From Amoeboradix gromovi X-113 (taxonomy: Eukaryota > Fungi > Sanchytriomycota), in assembly GCA_018985225.1 (NCBI GenBank), contig JADGIF010000136.1:1-17968 (forward strand): DNA of 17,968 nt. The letters are read 5' to 3'. Within the stretch, counting starts at the first letter, position 1, and each line of letters starts with the position of its first letter. Under the pieces are notes generated by a model. The model was given only the letters and a program-made list of their open reading frames with translations, made no database searches and was not told where the DNA came from. The translations under genes and the position numbers were made by a program. Shown here piece by piece: positions 1 to 9,857 of this stretch.

Positions 1-59
1 TGGTATATCAGAAGAAGATCTTTTATTAATGATAGCATTTCCTCCGTATGGTGCACCTC

Positions 60-613
60 CTTTAAAAACGAGTTAGTCTAGTTTGTATATTTGGTGTCCC
101 ATATGACTTAACAGAACATGACTTGGCCGGAACCTCTGTTGCAAAGGCAGCAATTGATCCAATTGATTTTGATTACTAATGTTCGGATTTAAAAGAGCGC
201 GGCAGTTTTTGTAAACTCATCTTTTAGTGCCATATTGCATCTTTCGTCAATAAACGAAATTTACTTTTCATTAGAAAGTGCTTAATCTCTTCTAAAGTAA
301 AGGCAGCTTTGTCCATTCTTTCAAAACTACTACTTGATGTATCCATATCAATGCTCTCCATGATTGCAGTCGTATTTTGTCGAAAGATGATAAACAGATC
401 AAAACATTTATTAAGTGTTACACTCTGTGATGCATTTTTCGAGTTAGTTGTGTCTTGCCATAATATATCGGTACAATCTTCTGCAGTTGATCTTGGAAAT
501 ATAGATTTACGCCCTTGTCTATCCAGATACTAAAAAAGCGGCTTCATATCAGTGTTTTGTTGATTAAATTAGTACAGGAATCAATCTCACCGAACTCAGA
601 CTTGGATTGGGAT
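60..613 (-). pseudogene. Frameshifted copy 1 of an unrecognised multicopy gene family
   Basis: Minus-strand open frame ~530-225 (..EDCTDILWQDTTNSKN..SSSSFERMDKAAFT..), then a shifted frame (SEH/ISNQNQLDQLL..MGHQ). These match ORF 15573-15989 (GSMSFMRVDDVKAALVT; SEHTIANMNLVDEDLL; *MGHQ). 584-613 matches the reverse complement of 14892-14921 at 27/30 nt. Confidence 0.6.
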
Positions 614-1322
614 TCTCCAAATTTACATGACTAGGTATCTTTCTCTGCTTGCATTTTTGGATTTTCATATTCTACTCAAGAATAATGATGTATGTGCTCT
701 TTTCAATATATAGCAGATCCTAATCTACCAATCCCACTGGTCATGACAACCCATGAGTTTAAGCAATTGAAATTGTATTTGGGGCTCTTATTTCTAAGTG
801 GCTTTTGTTGAAAGTCTAGTCGATTTGTTTAGCTTCATTATACCATTTAATATATACACGATTAAAATTATTTTGATGTTTAGATTTATGTCAATAGCTG
901 TCACCGAATATGTTAAGCTTAAATTACAACAGAGATCATTGATTTAGTCAACTAATTTTGGTTAGGGAATATTATTCACTAGCAGTTTTCAATTACGATG
1001 ATAGTGAAGAAATTGTTACTTTGAAGAGAGCAGTTGCGATTTCATCTGGAAAATTTTACATTAAATTTTTAATGTTGCAATAGTGCAGAATTTAGAAAGA
1101 AATTTTGGAAAAACACAACAGTTTTTTAAAATTTTGTCAATATCTAGGATGATTCACTTCGCAAATCAGGGTAGTAGTGACATCTATTATTGATTTTAAT
1201 GAGGACAAAAAAACAACGTATCTTGGTTTACTCGGATGTTGAGAAGCAATTTTGTTAAGAATTGAAATTTTAGGAGTAAAGCCTTTCAAAACTAAGGGAA
1301 TACAACGAAAAACCGCATGCTT

Positions 1323-1870
1323 TTACATAGAGCTAATTATGCAAGCGTAGTTTATGAAACCAATGATTTGGTGCTTTGTTTCATCTCTATTTGCTCGCTG
1401 TGTATGATTATTAGCACAGAGCTTGAAATCAACATTATTATGCATAAACTTTGTTAACGCTAAAACATTATTTGACCGTCCTGTCGCATCTAGTTCCAGC
1501 TTTAGTTTGAACTCCTTAGCAAATAAAACAACTGGGAGTACACAAGCAATATTACTTGATCATATTCATGGTTTTAGAAAAGGCAAACTGTCTATAAAAC
1601 GTCGATTGCTAAACTAACATCAGTGCCGGTTGTTTCTTTACTAATATCACATCCGCTTGAAAATTTTGTAGTAATCAAAATATGATTTTCTGTTTTAGCA
1701 GTAACCGTATTGATTCTAAGACTATAGATTCTTGATCTAAGACACAGATTCGACTCATTTGGCTCTTGATTGATAAACGTTGCAAAATTCAAATCAGACC
1801 AGATCAATAGATTAGATGCAGTCGCAATTTTTACAGAGCTCCGATTATCTAAATTCTCAGCAGCACTTCG
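1323..1870 (-). pseudogene. Possible decayed coding sequence, product unknown
   Basis: Two consecutive minus-strand open frames (~1870-1592 and ~1559-1323, the latter ~78 codons), with no clear start and no recognisable motif. Confidence 0.2.
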
Positions 1871-2284
1871 CTGCGATCACTTGTGAGGGGTTTTATAAGA
1901 AGAAATTATCTGTTGTAATATCAGTGTTCTATTCCGCTTAAGTATGCTACTGTTCTTCTGATTGTATTTAAATTCACAACTGCTACTGTTCGTCGGTTGA
2001 CTCGGCACATAACAGAACTAATAAATAAAGCAATTTTTACTTTATCTAACCACGAATGTGCAAATAGCTTTCATTATTTATTAAATAAACCATTTTCTTG
2101 ATTGCATGACAATTTCTTACAAAAAAAAGTATTTCCAGACTTTTCTAATGTGTAAATAGTTGATACTGATCCTCTGCTCAAGTGACAAATGGAGCCAAAT
2201 GTAACCCAGATTATTTTAAATCTGAAGAAACAAGTAAAAAGTAATTCACCTCAGTAGAGTAAGAGCGCGAGCTGTCATGGTAAT

Positions 2285-2306
2285 AGAAACTAACATGTTA
2301 GTTTCT
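2285..2306. repeat. Perfect 22-bp palindrome AGAAACTAACATGTTAGTTTCT
   Basis: The sequence equals its own reverse complement; the flanking bases do not extend it. Confidence 0.9.
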
Positions 2307-2420
2307 CTGTGGAACTTGTCAATTTTCTCGGATATCAACACTTTCCATGAGGTGTACAGCCATACATTTTAATATATAAATTATTTGTCACGGTTATATC
2401 TGCTATTTCACTCCAATTTG

Positions 2421-3057
2421 TTCTCTTTTTAGACTTTACTAACCATATGAAAATACAGTAATCTAGTTTATTATCCATTGAAAACGGGTGCAAGTCTTGC
2501 GATTCCTAATATGTCACATCTAAAAAATCACTAACAGATAACGAGTATGCATTTTCCCAGTGTAATTTGTCAAGGGGTGGACAGATAGATGCGTTTTATG
2601 TTTGTTGTTACTTGTCTCAAAAGCAAATAAGACATAGAATCTGTATCCTGGAGACATTTAAGATAAAACTCAAATGCAGGTAAAATGTTTATTTCATTAG
2701 GGAAGATACACGTTATGCATAAATCAGTCGTCTGAGAATCCGCAGTCCTCAACTTAATTCCCTCGTGATACAAACTTGCCTTCCAGTACATCCGCAGTAT
2801 CGGCAATCTTAAATACAAACAATTTGCGGTCATGCAAATGTACAAACTGCTATTTTGAAGCAGGTAGCGATCGTATGGCTACAGGAAACATATATTAATA
2901 TATATCCCTGTCTGATACGGCCTCAAGACAGCGGTTACTAACGCTACCACTGCAATTGAACGACTGTCATATCAGTTTCTCCAGGTAAACTTGCTTTTCT
3001 TGAAAATGAGGGCTTCTGAAGAGAATAAATATCAAGTAATTAAAAAAATACTTTTGG
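2421..3057 (+). mobile_element. Degenerate, internally deleted IS607-family element (tnpA 5' relic + TnpB/Fanzor2 3' relic), copy C
   Basis: TnpA-like pieces in order: SK.ITNR (~2519-2538), VKGWTDR (W at 2578), RHRI (2630) and, in the same frame, YA*IS (2714-2728; cf. serine-recombinase YARVS). Then KCTNCYFEAGSDRMATGNIY* (2836-2898; cf. CxxC..DRDxNAARNI). Left and right flanks align by eye with copy A. Confidence 0.7.
2899..3057 (+). ncRNA. Candidate omegaRNA scaffold / right-end relic of the Fanzor2 element
   Basis: Tail immediately 3' of the RuvC-III motif, conserved with 11891-12040 (-) and partly with 13309-13395 (-). This is the position expected for TnpB/Fanzor omegaRNA. No evidence of expression. 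Confidence 0.35.
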
Positions 3058-3142
3058 CTTAATTTCTTGATTACAAGATCTTTTTAAGTAAGCGGCACTA
3101 GCCAATGATAATTTAATAGTTTCATTCATTTATTCACTACCT

Positions 3143-6100
3143 TTATTCCCTGCTTCTTTGTGTCACTCTGCTATGTTCCCACATATCCAAATGCGGCAAT
3201 TCTTCGTGCTTAATATCTACAAGAGCTTGCCATTCACTTAGCCTATTAACATCATCACATTTAATGTAACCGACTGATATTAAATATCCGAGCATTCTCC
3301 GAATACAAGACTGTATGCTTTTATTCTCTATCAATATTCCATCTCTGCTTAGTATGCTGGCTATTAGCTTCTTGCAGTTGTCATCATTCAATTTCACTCC
3401 TTTTGTATTACTTGGTAAATCATCTGTGACAAAATGCAATAATGGCATTAAAACATCATTGACATTCATTTGTAGTCTAGTCTTCCATTCTTTATACTCT
3501 ATCGGAATGATGTCCATGTAATTAGCGCAATATCCGAACAAATCAGTAAATGTAAAGTCAGTTGATTGCCATGTCATAAACACATTATTATATTTCATGG
3601 CACTGTCAACACTTGCTAAAACAACGCTAGAAACATAGTCAACTGTACACATGTTAATATGGTTACTAATAATAGGAGCACATTTTAGCACCTGACTTCC
3701 TTTAACCATTCTAAAAATGAAATCGTCAGTATTGGTGTATCCTTTTACCGAGTGTCCTACAATGTATCCCGGTCTTATTATATTTGTTGGTAATGGTTGA
3801 TTTTTCAATATGCACTCACTGGTCCATTTAGATTGACCATATCCTGTCACTGGATAATGACTAGCTAACGAATCACCCTCATGCACAACAGTACCGTCAT
3901 TTCCTAATACGCTAGTACTGCTAATAAATATTAGTGGCTTTATTTTCTTATTACAGCTTATTCTATATGCTTCAACTGTGCTGTTTACATTTGATGCTTC
4001 TAACCTATTGTACGGATATACCCAGTGTACCAAAGCACCATTGTGTATTACTACATCTGACATAACGCTAATACTGTTAAACAGACTATCAGACAAGCCA
4101 AGTAATGGCAAGCTTAAATCACCACGAACAACAACTACACAAGGACCAGGGATACGCTCATCCACACTAGAATGGATCAGGCCATCTTCTATTTCATTCC
4201 CATACTGTTTCATAGCTGTAATAAGTTTACTCTTGCAATGATCTAAATCATTGCCTCGTATCAAGCAATAAACAGTGCATTTATTGACTAGAAGTTCATT
4301 TAGTATGAATGATCCTAAATAGCCAGTGCTCCCAGTAAGGAATACGCTCTTGTGCTTAATTCCTGTACTCACAGGTTTATAATCAAGCAATAGCTGTCTA
4401 CTTGCCTTGTTAATTAAATCTATTTCGTTTCTCAACACGGGTACTTTAAGCCTGTATGATTCATCATTCTTTTCAGTTTCATATCCAGAGTTGTATTCAT
4501 CCTCAGAATTCATAACATGTTGGGCTAACTTGTGTATCGTGTTGAACTTGTACAAGTCGTTCATCTTAATGATAATGTTGACCAAATTGCATTCATACAG
4601 GAAACGGGTAGCAAGTATAGAATGCATACCATTAGTAAAGAAATCATCATTTAGCTTAATTGATAGCTTTAGTTTATTTAATATCTGAGATAACTGCGAT
4701 TCATGGTAGGTCATTGATTCATAACTAGGACTAGTAGGAGGATTTACAATAGGGAGTGCGTTCTTATCAATTTTACCATTTGGCGTTAAAGGGAGAAACG
4801 GTAGCAAGATAAATATATTTGGAATAGAATATGATGGTAGAACAGAACATAGATGCTTTTTGATAGACTCAATCGCATTTTCATGGGAATCTTTGAGAAC
4901 AACATAACTTACTAAAACATGTTCTTCATTTTCATCTCTTTTAATGAGAGTAATGTTAGATTTAATAAGTGGATAATTGGATAAGTGAATATCAATTTCA
5001 CCTAGCTCAATTCTAAATCCTCTAATCTTGATCTGATCATCCATGCGACCAATACATTCTGCATGGCCATTTGGCAAATATCTGGCTAAATCGCCAGTTT
5101 TATAACATCTATCATATGAGTTGTTGGTAAATGGATTGACAACGAATTTTGCAGTACTCAACACATCTGAGTCTTCCTTGTATCCTTTTGCCAATCCACC
5201 GCTACGAATGTATATTTCACCCAATTCACCGATACTACATAGTTTACTGTTATTGTTCAGAATAAGCAACTGTACATCATTCATACCAATACCAGCGCTC
5301 ATTATATGTTTAGATAACAGGAAACTTGGAAACTCATGCTTGTTTGGAATTAAGAAATACGACACAGACCTCTGAGTTTCCGTGGTTCCGTACATGTTGA
5401 TAATTGAAGCATTTAGAGCTACACGTTGTAGTTTAGTAACATCTCGACGGGTTAAAACATCACCAACAAAAAAAGCATTTTTCAGACAAGGCATGGAGAC
5501 AGCATTATTAACAACCAATTGGCCCATTGCAGGGGTTAAATGGGTTACAGACAACTGGTTATCGTTAACCCACTTGCTAATTAGGCCGTTATGTATAACA
5601 TCAACAGAAGGAATGTGTAATTGAGCACCAAGGAACAGTGGAGTAAATATGTCACGCTGAATAGGATCATGCGCAATACCGCTAAGCATTGTGAACCTGT
5701 CAGCCTTAGACAGACAGAATTTATCTGACATCCAAGGGTAATAATGAGTTAGTGAATAATGACGACCTAGAACACCTTTAGGAATGCCCGTAGACCCACT
5801 AGTAAAAGACAATGTAGCGATGTCCTCAGGACCAATATCAATAGGCAATGGTGTACTAGAAATATCATCAATTGAGGGTGTTGACGATATCGAACGATTT
5901 CTAACTGAGAAATTTGTTAAAAAACAATTAGGATTGCTATCATTTATAAAAGCAAGAACTGAAGGCTGCAATTCCCCGCTGCGATCTATATGAATGACAG
6001 CTTTAGGTTGAGCGACTTTTAAATATATAATTTGGCGATCAGAAGGATATAGAGGATCTATGATGTTAACAGTTAAATTCGCACCTAAAATACCCATTAT

Positions 6101-6910
6101 TGCAATCACTAGTTCCACGCCGCGATAAGCAAAAACAGTACAAACGTCGCCTTTCGACAATTTGCTATTTGTTAAGAAATGGCTGACTTTGTTTGAAAGC
6201 GAGAAAATATCACCATACGAATAATTCATAAAATCATCGACAACACAGGTGGAGTCGGGATGAGACTCAGAATTACTTCTGAATATGGATACAATACTAC
6301 CAGGCCATTCATTCCAATGCAGATCGCTAGTAGGAACAGGTAAAACCGATGATGCAAGATCGGTAATCAAGTTAATCTTGAAGACCTCAGTAGTCAAAGG
6401 AACTCTTAGAACAAGATCTATTTGGTTTAAAATATCGTTCATTCTATCTTGGAGATAAATGGCAGAATTGTACGATAAATTGGCCTTAAATTGCAGTTTC
6501 TTAATGTTTGGTAGCATCTCAATACTGAATTCTACTGGGGATGAGGATTTTGACGAAGATACAAGAGAAATACCAGCTGCACTAGTGGCATTAGAGTAGT
6601 TCGACTTGAGTTTCAGATGTTCCAGAATATCCTGGCATGTATCAGTATCAGAAACAGCACACTTGAACAGAAGCTTGTCTATACCAATTTCAATGTTTGG
6701 ATTGCAATGTCTTGATAGAATTACAATAAGCGCCATGGCAAATTTACTAAACGGTTCTTCGATTAACGAGTAAGTTTTTGAGACAGACGCCAAAATTTCA
6801 TGGTCAGTAGTTGCAAAATCTGTAGGAAATTGCATCTGTTTCGCAAGGGTCAAACTGGTATATGAGAGCCATTCTGACAAAATGTCATCATTTCTAAGTT
6901 GGAGGAACAT
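3143..6910 (-). CDS. LYS2: L-alpha-aminoadipate reductase (NRPS-like A-T-R), 1255 aa
   Basis: A-domain motifs LSFTSGSTGIPKGVLGRH, SGIAHDPIQRDIFTPLFLGA, NMYGTTETQR, YKTGDL, DDQIKIRGFRIELGEID and PLTPNGKIDK. T-domain DDFFTNGMHSIL. R-domain FLTGSTGYLG, HNGALVHWVYPY and GYGQSKW. Confidence 0.97.
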   Translation of the reverse strand: MFLQLRNDDILSEWLSYTSLTLAKQMQFPTDFATTDHEILASVSKTYSLIEEPFSKFAMALIVILSRHCNPNIEIGIDKLLFKCAVSDTDTCQDILEHLKLKSNYSNATSAAGISLVSSSKSSSPVEFSIEMLPNIKKLQFKANLSYNSAIYLQDRMNDILNQIDLVLRVPLTTEVFKINLITDLASSVLPVPTSDLHWNEWPGSIVSIFRSNSESHPDSTCVVDDFMNYSYGDIFSLSNKVSHFLTNSKLSKGDVCTVFAYRGVELVIAIMGILGANLTVNIIDPLYPSDRQIIYLKVAQPKAVIHIDRSGELQPSVLAFINDSNPNCFLTNFSVRNRSISSTPSIDDISSTPLPIDIGPEDIATLSFTSGSTGIPKGVLGRHYSLTHYYPWMSDKFCLSKADRFTMLSGIAHDPIQRDIFTPLFLGAQLHIPSVDVIHNGLISKWVNDNQLSVTHLTPAMGQLVVNNAVSMPCLKNAFFVGDVLTRRDVTKLQRVALNASIINMYGTTETQRSVSYFLIPNKHEFPSFLLSKHIMSAGIGMNDVQLLILNNNSKLCSIGELGEIYIRSGGLAKGYKEDSDVLSTAKFVVNPFTNNSYDRCYKTGDLARYLPNGHAECIGRMDDQIKIRGFRIELGEIDIHLSNYPLIKSNITLIKRDENEEHVLVSYVVLKDSHENAIESIKKHLCSVLPSYSIPNIFILLPFLPLTPNGKIDKNALPIVNPPTSPSYESMTYHESQLSQILNKLKLSIKLNDDFFTNGMHSILATRFLYECNLVNIIIKMNDLYKFNTIHKLAQHVMNSEDEYNSGYETEKNDESYRLKVPVLRNEIDLINKASRQLLLDYKPVSTGIKHKSVFLTGSTGYLGSFILNELLVNKCTVYCLIRGNDLDHCKSKLITAMKQYGNEIEDGLIHSSVDERIPGPCVVVVRGDLSLPLLGLSDSLFNSISVMSDVVIHNGALVHWVYPYNRLEASNVNSTVEAYRISCNKKIKPLIFISSTSVLGNDGTVVHEGDSLASHYPVTGYGQSKWTSECILKNQPLPTNIIRPGYIVGHSVKGYTNTDDFIFRMVKGSQVLKCAPIISNHINMCTVDYVSSVVLASVDSAMKYNNVFMTWQSTDFTFTDLFGYCANYMDIIPIEYKEWKTRLQMNVNDVLMPLLHFVTDDLPSNTKGVKLNDDNCKKLIASILSRDGILIENKSIQSCIRRMLGYLISVGYIKCDDVNRLSEWQALVDIKHEELPHLDMWEHSRVTQRSRE

Positions 6911-8006
6911 CTAGAAACCACAATAAGGAATCTGAAATCTACATGTCATCAGATACGAAAGAAAGACATAAAGCAGAACATGAAAATGATTATCGATTGA
7001 GATGTTGCAACACATGCTCAAGTGCTAATCAGCCAAGCTATTTTGAAATACGTATTGCCAGTGCATATTTCATATTCTAAAAAGCCCTAATGACATATTA
7101 TGGACTGAAATATTTTTCCAAGTCCTCGTACTTATACTGGTGGACATTTTTGGAAATTAAGTCACATATGGGTTCTTCTTTGAAGGGAAAGCAGGTTATA
7201 TTTATGATAGTTGCGAAAAGAAAAGTGTCAATATAGAACGAAAACGAATTAGGCAGTTGTAGACCATGAGGAGATTCAGTTGCGTTATTTGTACATTTTA
7301 ACAAAATAAACATGAAGAGTGAGACTATTGTATTTAAATACGCGATCATTCTAGATATGTGTTGATAAATTGGACTAATTCATAGTGGCATATACATCTT
7401 AGAGCATATCCGAAACAGCAACAACTATGGATACCACTGTTGAGGATTAGACTATCTGTTCTTACTAAGATTACTATTAATTTATCATCTGAAAATTACG
7501 CGAAATATTTTGCTGTTCCGCTTGTCTACAAAGCTTGTCCTCAAAGCTACTCAGTAGAAATTCTATGACTTGATGATTTCGTTTATTGTCTTTATACGCA
7601 TACTGGGATTGTTGGAATTATTTTACTGCTTGAGCGTCGCTAAACAATTTGCTAAGATCTGTTTGTAACTGAAATCGCTTTCTTTCCTTTCACGCAACAT
7701 AACATTAAATAAATGATAGTCCAAGTATTTTTAAAGCTTCTGTATACACTTGTCCACATAAAGCATTAAACCCCATTTTAAAGATTGCTTCCTAGTATGA
7801 ATTGATTAGATCGATAAGTAGCATATTATTCATTTGAAAAATATTACTAAATGAGTCAATTATTGCTAATTTTGAGACCCATCGTTATATATGCTTGGTC
7901 TTGTTTTGATGTTGCCATCTCTTGAATTCAGTTAATTGATTGTACAATGATTGGCTACTTTTTCATCCAAAAGGTATTAACAAAGCAATCTAACCTAAGC
8001 AATTGG

Positions 8007-8558
8007 ATGTTGTTTTTATTGAACCAGTTTTCTGCAGCAAGTTCAAAGTCTGGTTCTTCAACATGCAATCTAAATCCACCAACGTCGGCGTCATTCTTGT
8101 CGCCAGACCCTGCAAATGGCCAAAAAGTAGAACAATACGCGTTCGGGGATGCAATCGAGCTGAAGTGGGAGTTAGCAGACTCTTCCGTTAGTATTAACGC
8201 AGCGGTTCAGCTGTTACTACCTAACACAATAAAAGCCCAGACTATAGCAATTATCGGCGGGTCGACCTCATATAGCTGGAATGCGACAAACACTTTTGTA
8301 GATGCAATTACCGGCAAAAGCGTGGTTCTTCAAAATACAGCTGGTTATTACTTTCTAATTCACGATAACAACACCGGTGTGAGCTCTACAGGTCAGACTT
8401 GTCAAGGCGGTATTGCAGATTGTACATCAAAGGAAATCCAATTTTTCACTTCTGGAGGCTTGACAGGCAGTAACCGTAGAAGCGATGGAACAGACACAAG
8501 ACCTGGCATATTTTTTCTTAGTCTTCTTTTCATTGCAGCATTTTCAACTAAAATTTAA
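8007..8558 (+). CDS. Secreted, probably GPI-anchored Ser/Thr/Gly-rich protein (ORF track opens at 7947; ATG 8007 preferred)
   Basis: MLFLLNQFSAA resembles a short signal peptide. The core is beta-rich (IELKW, SYSWN, GYYFLI) and the C-terminus is hydrophobic (IFFLSLLFIAAF) after a polar spacer. Confidence 0.7.
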   Translation: MLFLLNQFSAASSKSGSSTCNLNPPTSASFLSPDPANGQKVEQYAFGDAIELKWELADSSVSINAAVQLLLPNTIKAQTIAIIGGSTSYSWNATNTFVDAITGKSVVLQNTAGYYFLIHDNNTGVSSTGQTCQGGIADCTSKEIQFFTSGGLTGSNRRSDGTDTRPGIFFLSLLFIAAFSTKI

Positions 8559-8664
8559 ATAAATTTTTCACGCATTATATTCCCGAAGTCTCGTGAAATA
8601 CAATTCCTCTCTCAGACTTTAAGCATTATAGTGTAAAATTTACAAAACAGCATAATTTTAAATT

Positions 8665-9627
8665 TTATTTACTAGTCAAGTAATTATTTAAAACGTCCAA
8701 GGCTTCGTCCGAGTTTAGTTTTCTGAGAGCGTGTAAAATGTCCAGGCTCTTCTCTAATTGCTTGTTTTTTATTTTGGCATGTTGAACTTTAAGTTTTAAA
8801 TAAGATTTAAACAAGTCTATCTCATACTTTTGAAAATTTTGAGGCTTGTCGCAACATTTTTTCGTCTCTGTTTCCTTATTGAATGAGATTTCAGACGGAA
8901 ACGAAGTAGCAACATTTTCAATGTTTCTTGGAATTTCCGATAGCTCGAGATTTTTCATATTATTTATTTTGTCATCCTTTGACATCTTTTGGCAGCCTTT
9001 AGTTAAATGGTTTACAACAGCAGTTTTGGAATCATTTATAACAAGCTTACAGGCTCCACAAGTAAAGAGGTATTTTATAACGCTGCTAGAGTCAGACACT
9101 ATTTTATTACTTGAAAATTCACCAATTCTTTTAGCAGCAATCTTCCAGTTTTTTTGTTTTGCTATTCGTATAGGCGCAATGCCTGAAGGCGTTAAGTAAG
9201 ATCGTTTTTGATCTTCAGTGATTCTAGATTTTAGCAGCTTAGATTCTGATTCATTTAGCAGCTGTATATACTCATTTCTTTGAACATTTAGAAGATTTGT
9301 ACATATGTTAAAGTGATTGCAAAGTAATCCGCGACTGCTAAAAAACCGAACACCACAGTTACAAGTGAAGTAGTCGTTCTTAAATTCCGCTGTAAATTTA
9401 CCGAACTCATGTGCTAAGCTTTGATGGGGTGGGCACTTCTCAAATTGGTAATTCGTGCTTGACACTTCATATCCTAACAAAGATTGAAATTTGTTTTGAT
9501 CTGTGACATTTACCATTTCACATAAGTTAATCAAATGAAAAATTGCAAAGTTTTTTGAATGCAATGTTATACCACATAGGCATTCAAAGAGCTGCTGGTT
9601 CTCATCATAATTTCCAAAATTATTCAT
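8665..9627 (-). CDS. Protein with three C2HC (BED-like) zinc-finger repeats and a helical C-terminus, 320 aa
   Basis: C16-x-C18-x12-H31-x4-C36; C89-x-C91-x13-H105-x3-C109; C190-x2-C193-x13-H207-x4-C212. Confidence 0.75.
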   Translation of the reverse strand: MNNFGNYDENQQLFECLCGITLHSKNFAIFHLINLCEMVNVTDQNKFQSLLGYEVSSTNYQFEKCPPHQSLAHEFGKFTAEFKNDYFTCNCGVRFFSSRGLLCNHFNICTNLLNVQRNEYIQLLNESESKLLKSRITEDQKRSYLTPSGIAPIRIAKQKNWKIAAKRIGEFSSNKIVSDSSSVIKYLFTCGACKLVINDSKTAVVNHLTKGCQKMSKDDKINNMKNLELSEIPRNIENVATSFPSEISFNKETETKKCCDKPQNFQKYEIDLFKSYLKLKVQHAKIKNKQLEKSLDILHALRKLNSDEALDVLNNYLTSK

Positions 9628-9810
9628 GTCAAACTTTTCTCCGTTGGTTTGAATTTTGGAAGCTTTCTATTGTTTATATTTCTACTTCATATTCAACTGT
9701 ATTTAGAAGCTAAAACTTTTAAATTAGAAGTACTAAACATATAACAACATTTTCTTGTAAATTCTTCGTATTCTTATAATTTCCCCATCACGGTAAAAAG
9801 TATCGGATTT

Positions 9811-9832
9811 TCACGTGAGCCCCTAATGACTC
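9811..9832 (+). promoter_or_regulatory. Motif cluster upstream of RPL35A: TCACGTGA E-box, AGCCCCTAA telobox-like, TGACTC
   Basis: Three abutting motifs 26-47 nt upstream of the ATG at 9858; function is inferred only. Confidence 0.35.
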
Positions 9833-9857
9833 TTGATATTTTGTTTGCATATCAACA

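Noticed and set aside
483-500. AVDLGN as a RuvC-I motif in ORF 309-533
   Set aside because: Not conserved in the homologous copy near 15020-15040, and synonymous changes indicate that the opposite strand was coding.
2570-2845. 91-aa minus ORF with a superficially TnpB-like WKA..GIK..C..C
   Set aside because: The + strand of this interval aligns with element copies A and B, so the ORF is antisense to the relic.
3315-5993. Six + strand ORFs inside LYS2 (likewise 8846-9199, 9987-10202, 10547-10930, 13760-13960, 16391-16597)
   Set aside because: Antisense or alternate-frame shadows of well-supported genes, with no motifs.
6986-7020. MIID*DVATH as a fourth DRD relic (also ANRDE near 1380-1394, minus)
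   Set aside because: No CxxC, no ARNI-like continuation and no conserved 3' tail.
7085-7094. CCCTAATGAC shared with 9821-9830; ATGAGTCA Gcn4-like site at 7851-7858
   Set aside because: Short matches expected by chance, with no independent support.
7098-7349. 83-aa minus ORF upstream of LYS2
   Set aside because: No recognisable domain; cannot be distinguished from a chance ORF.
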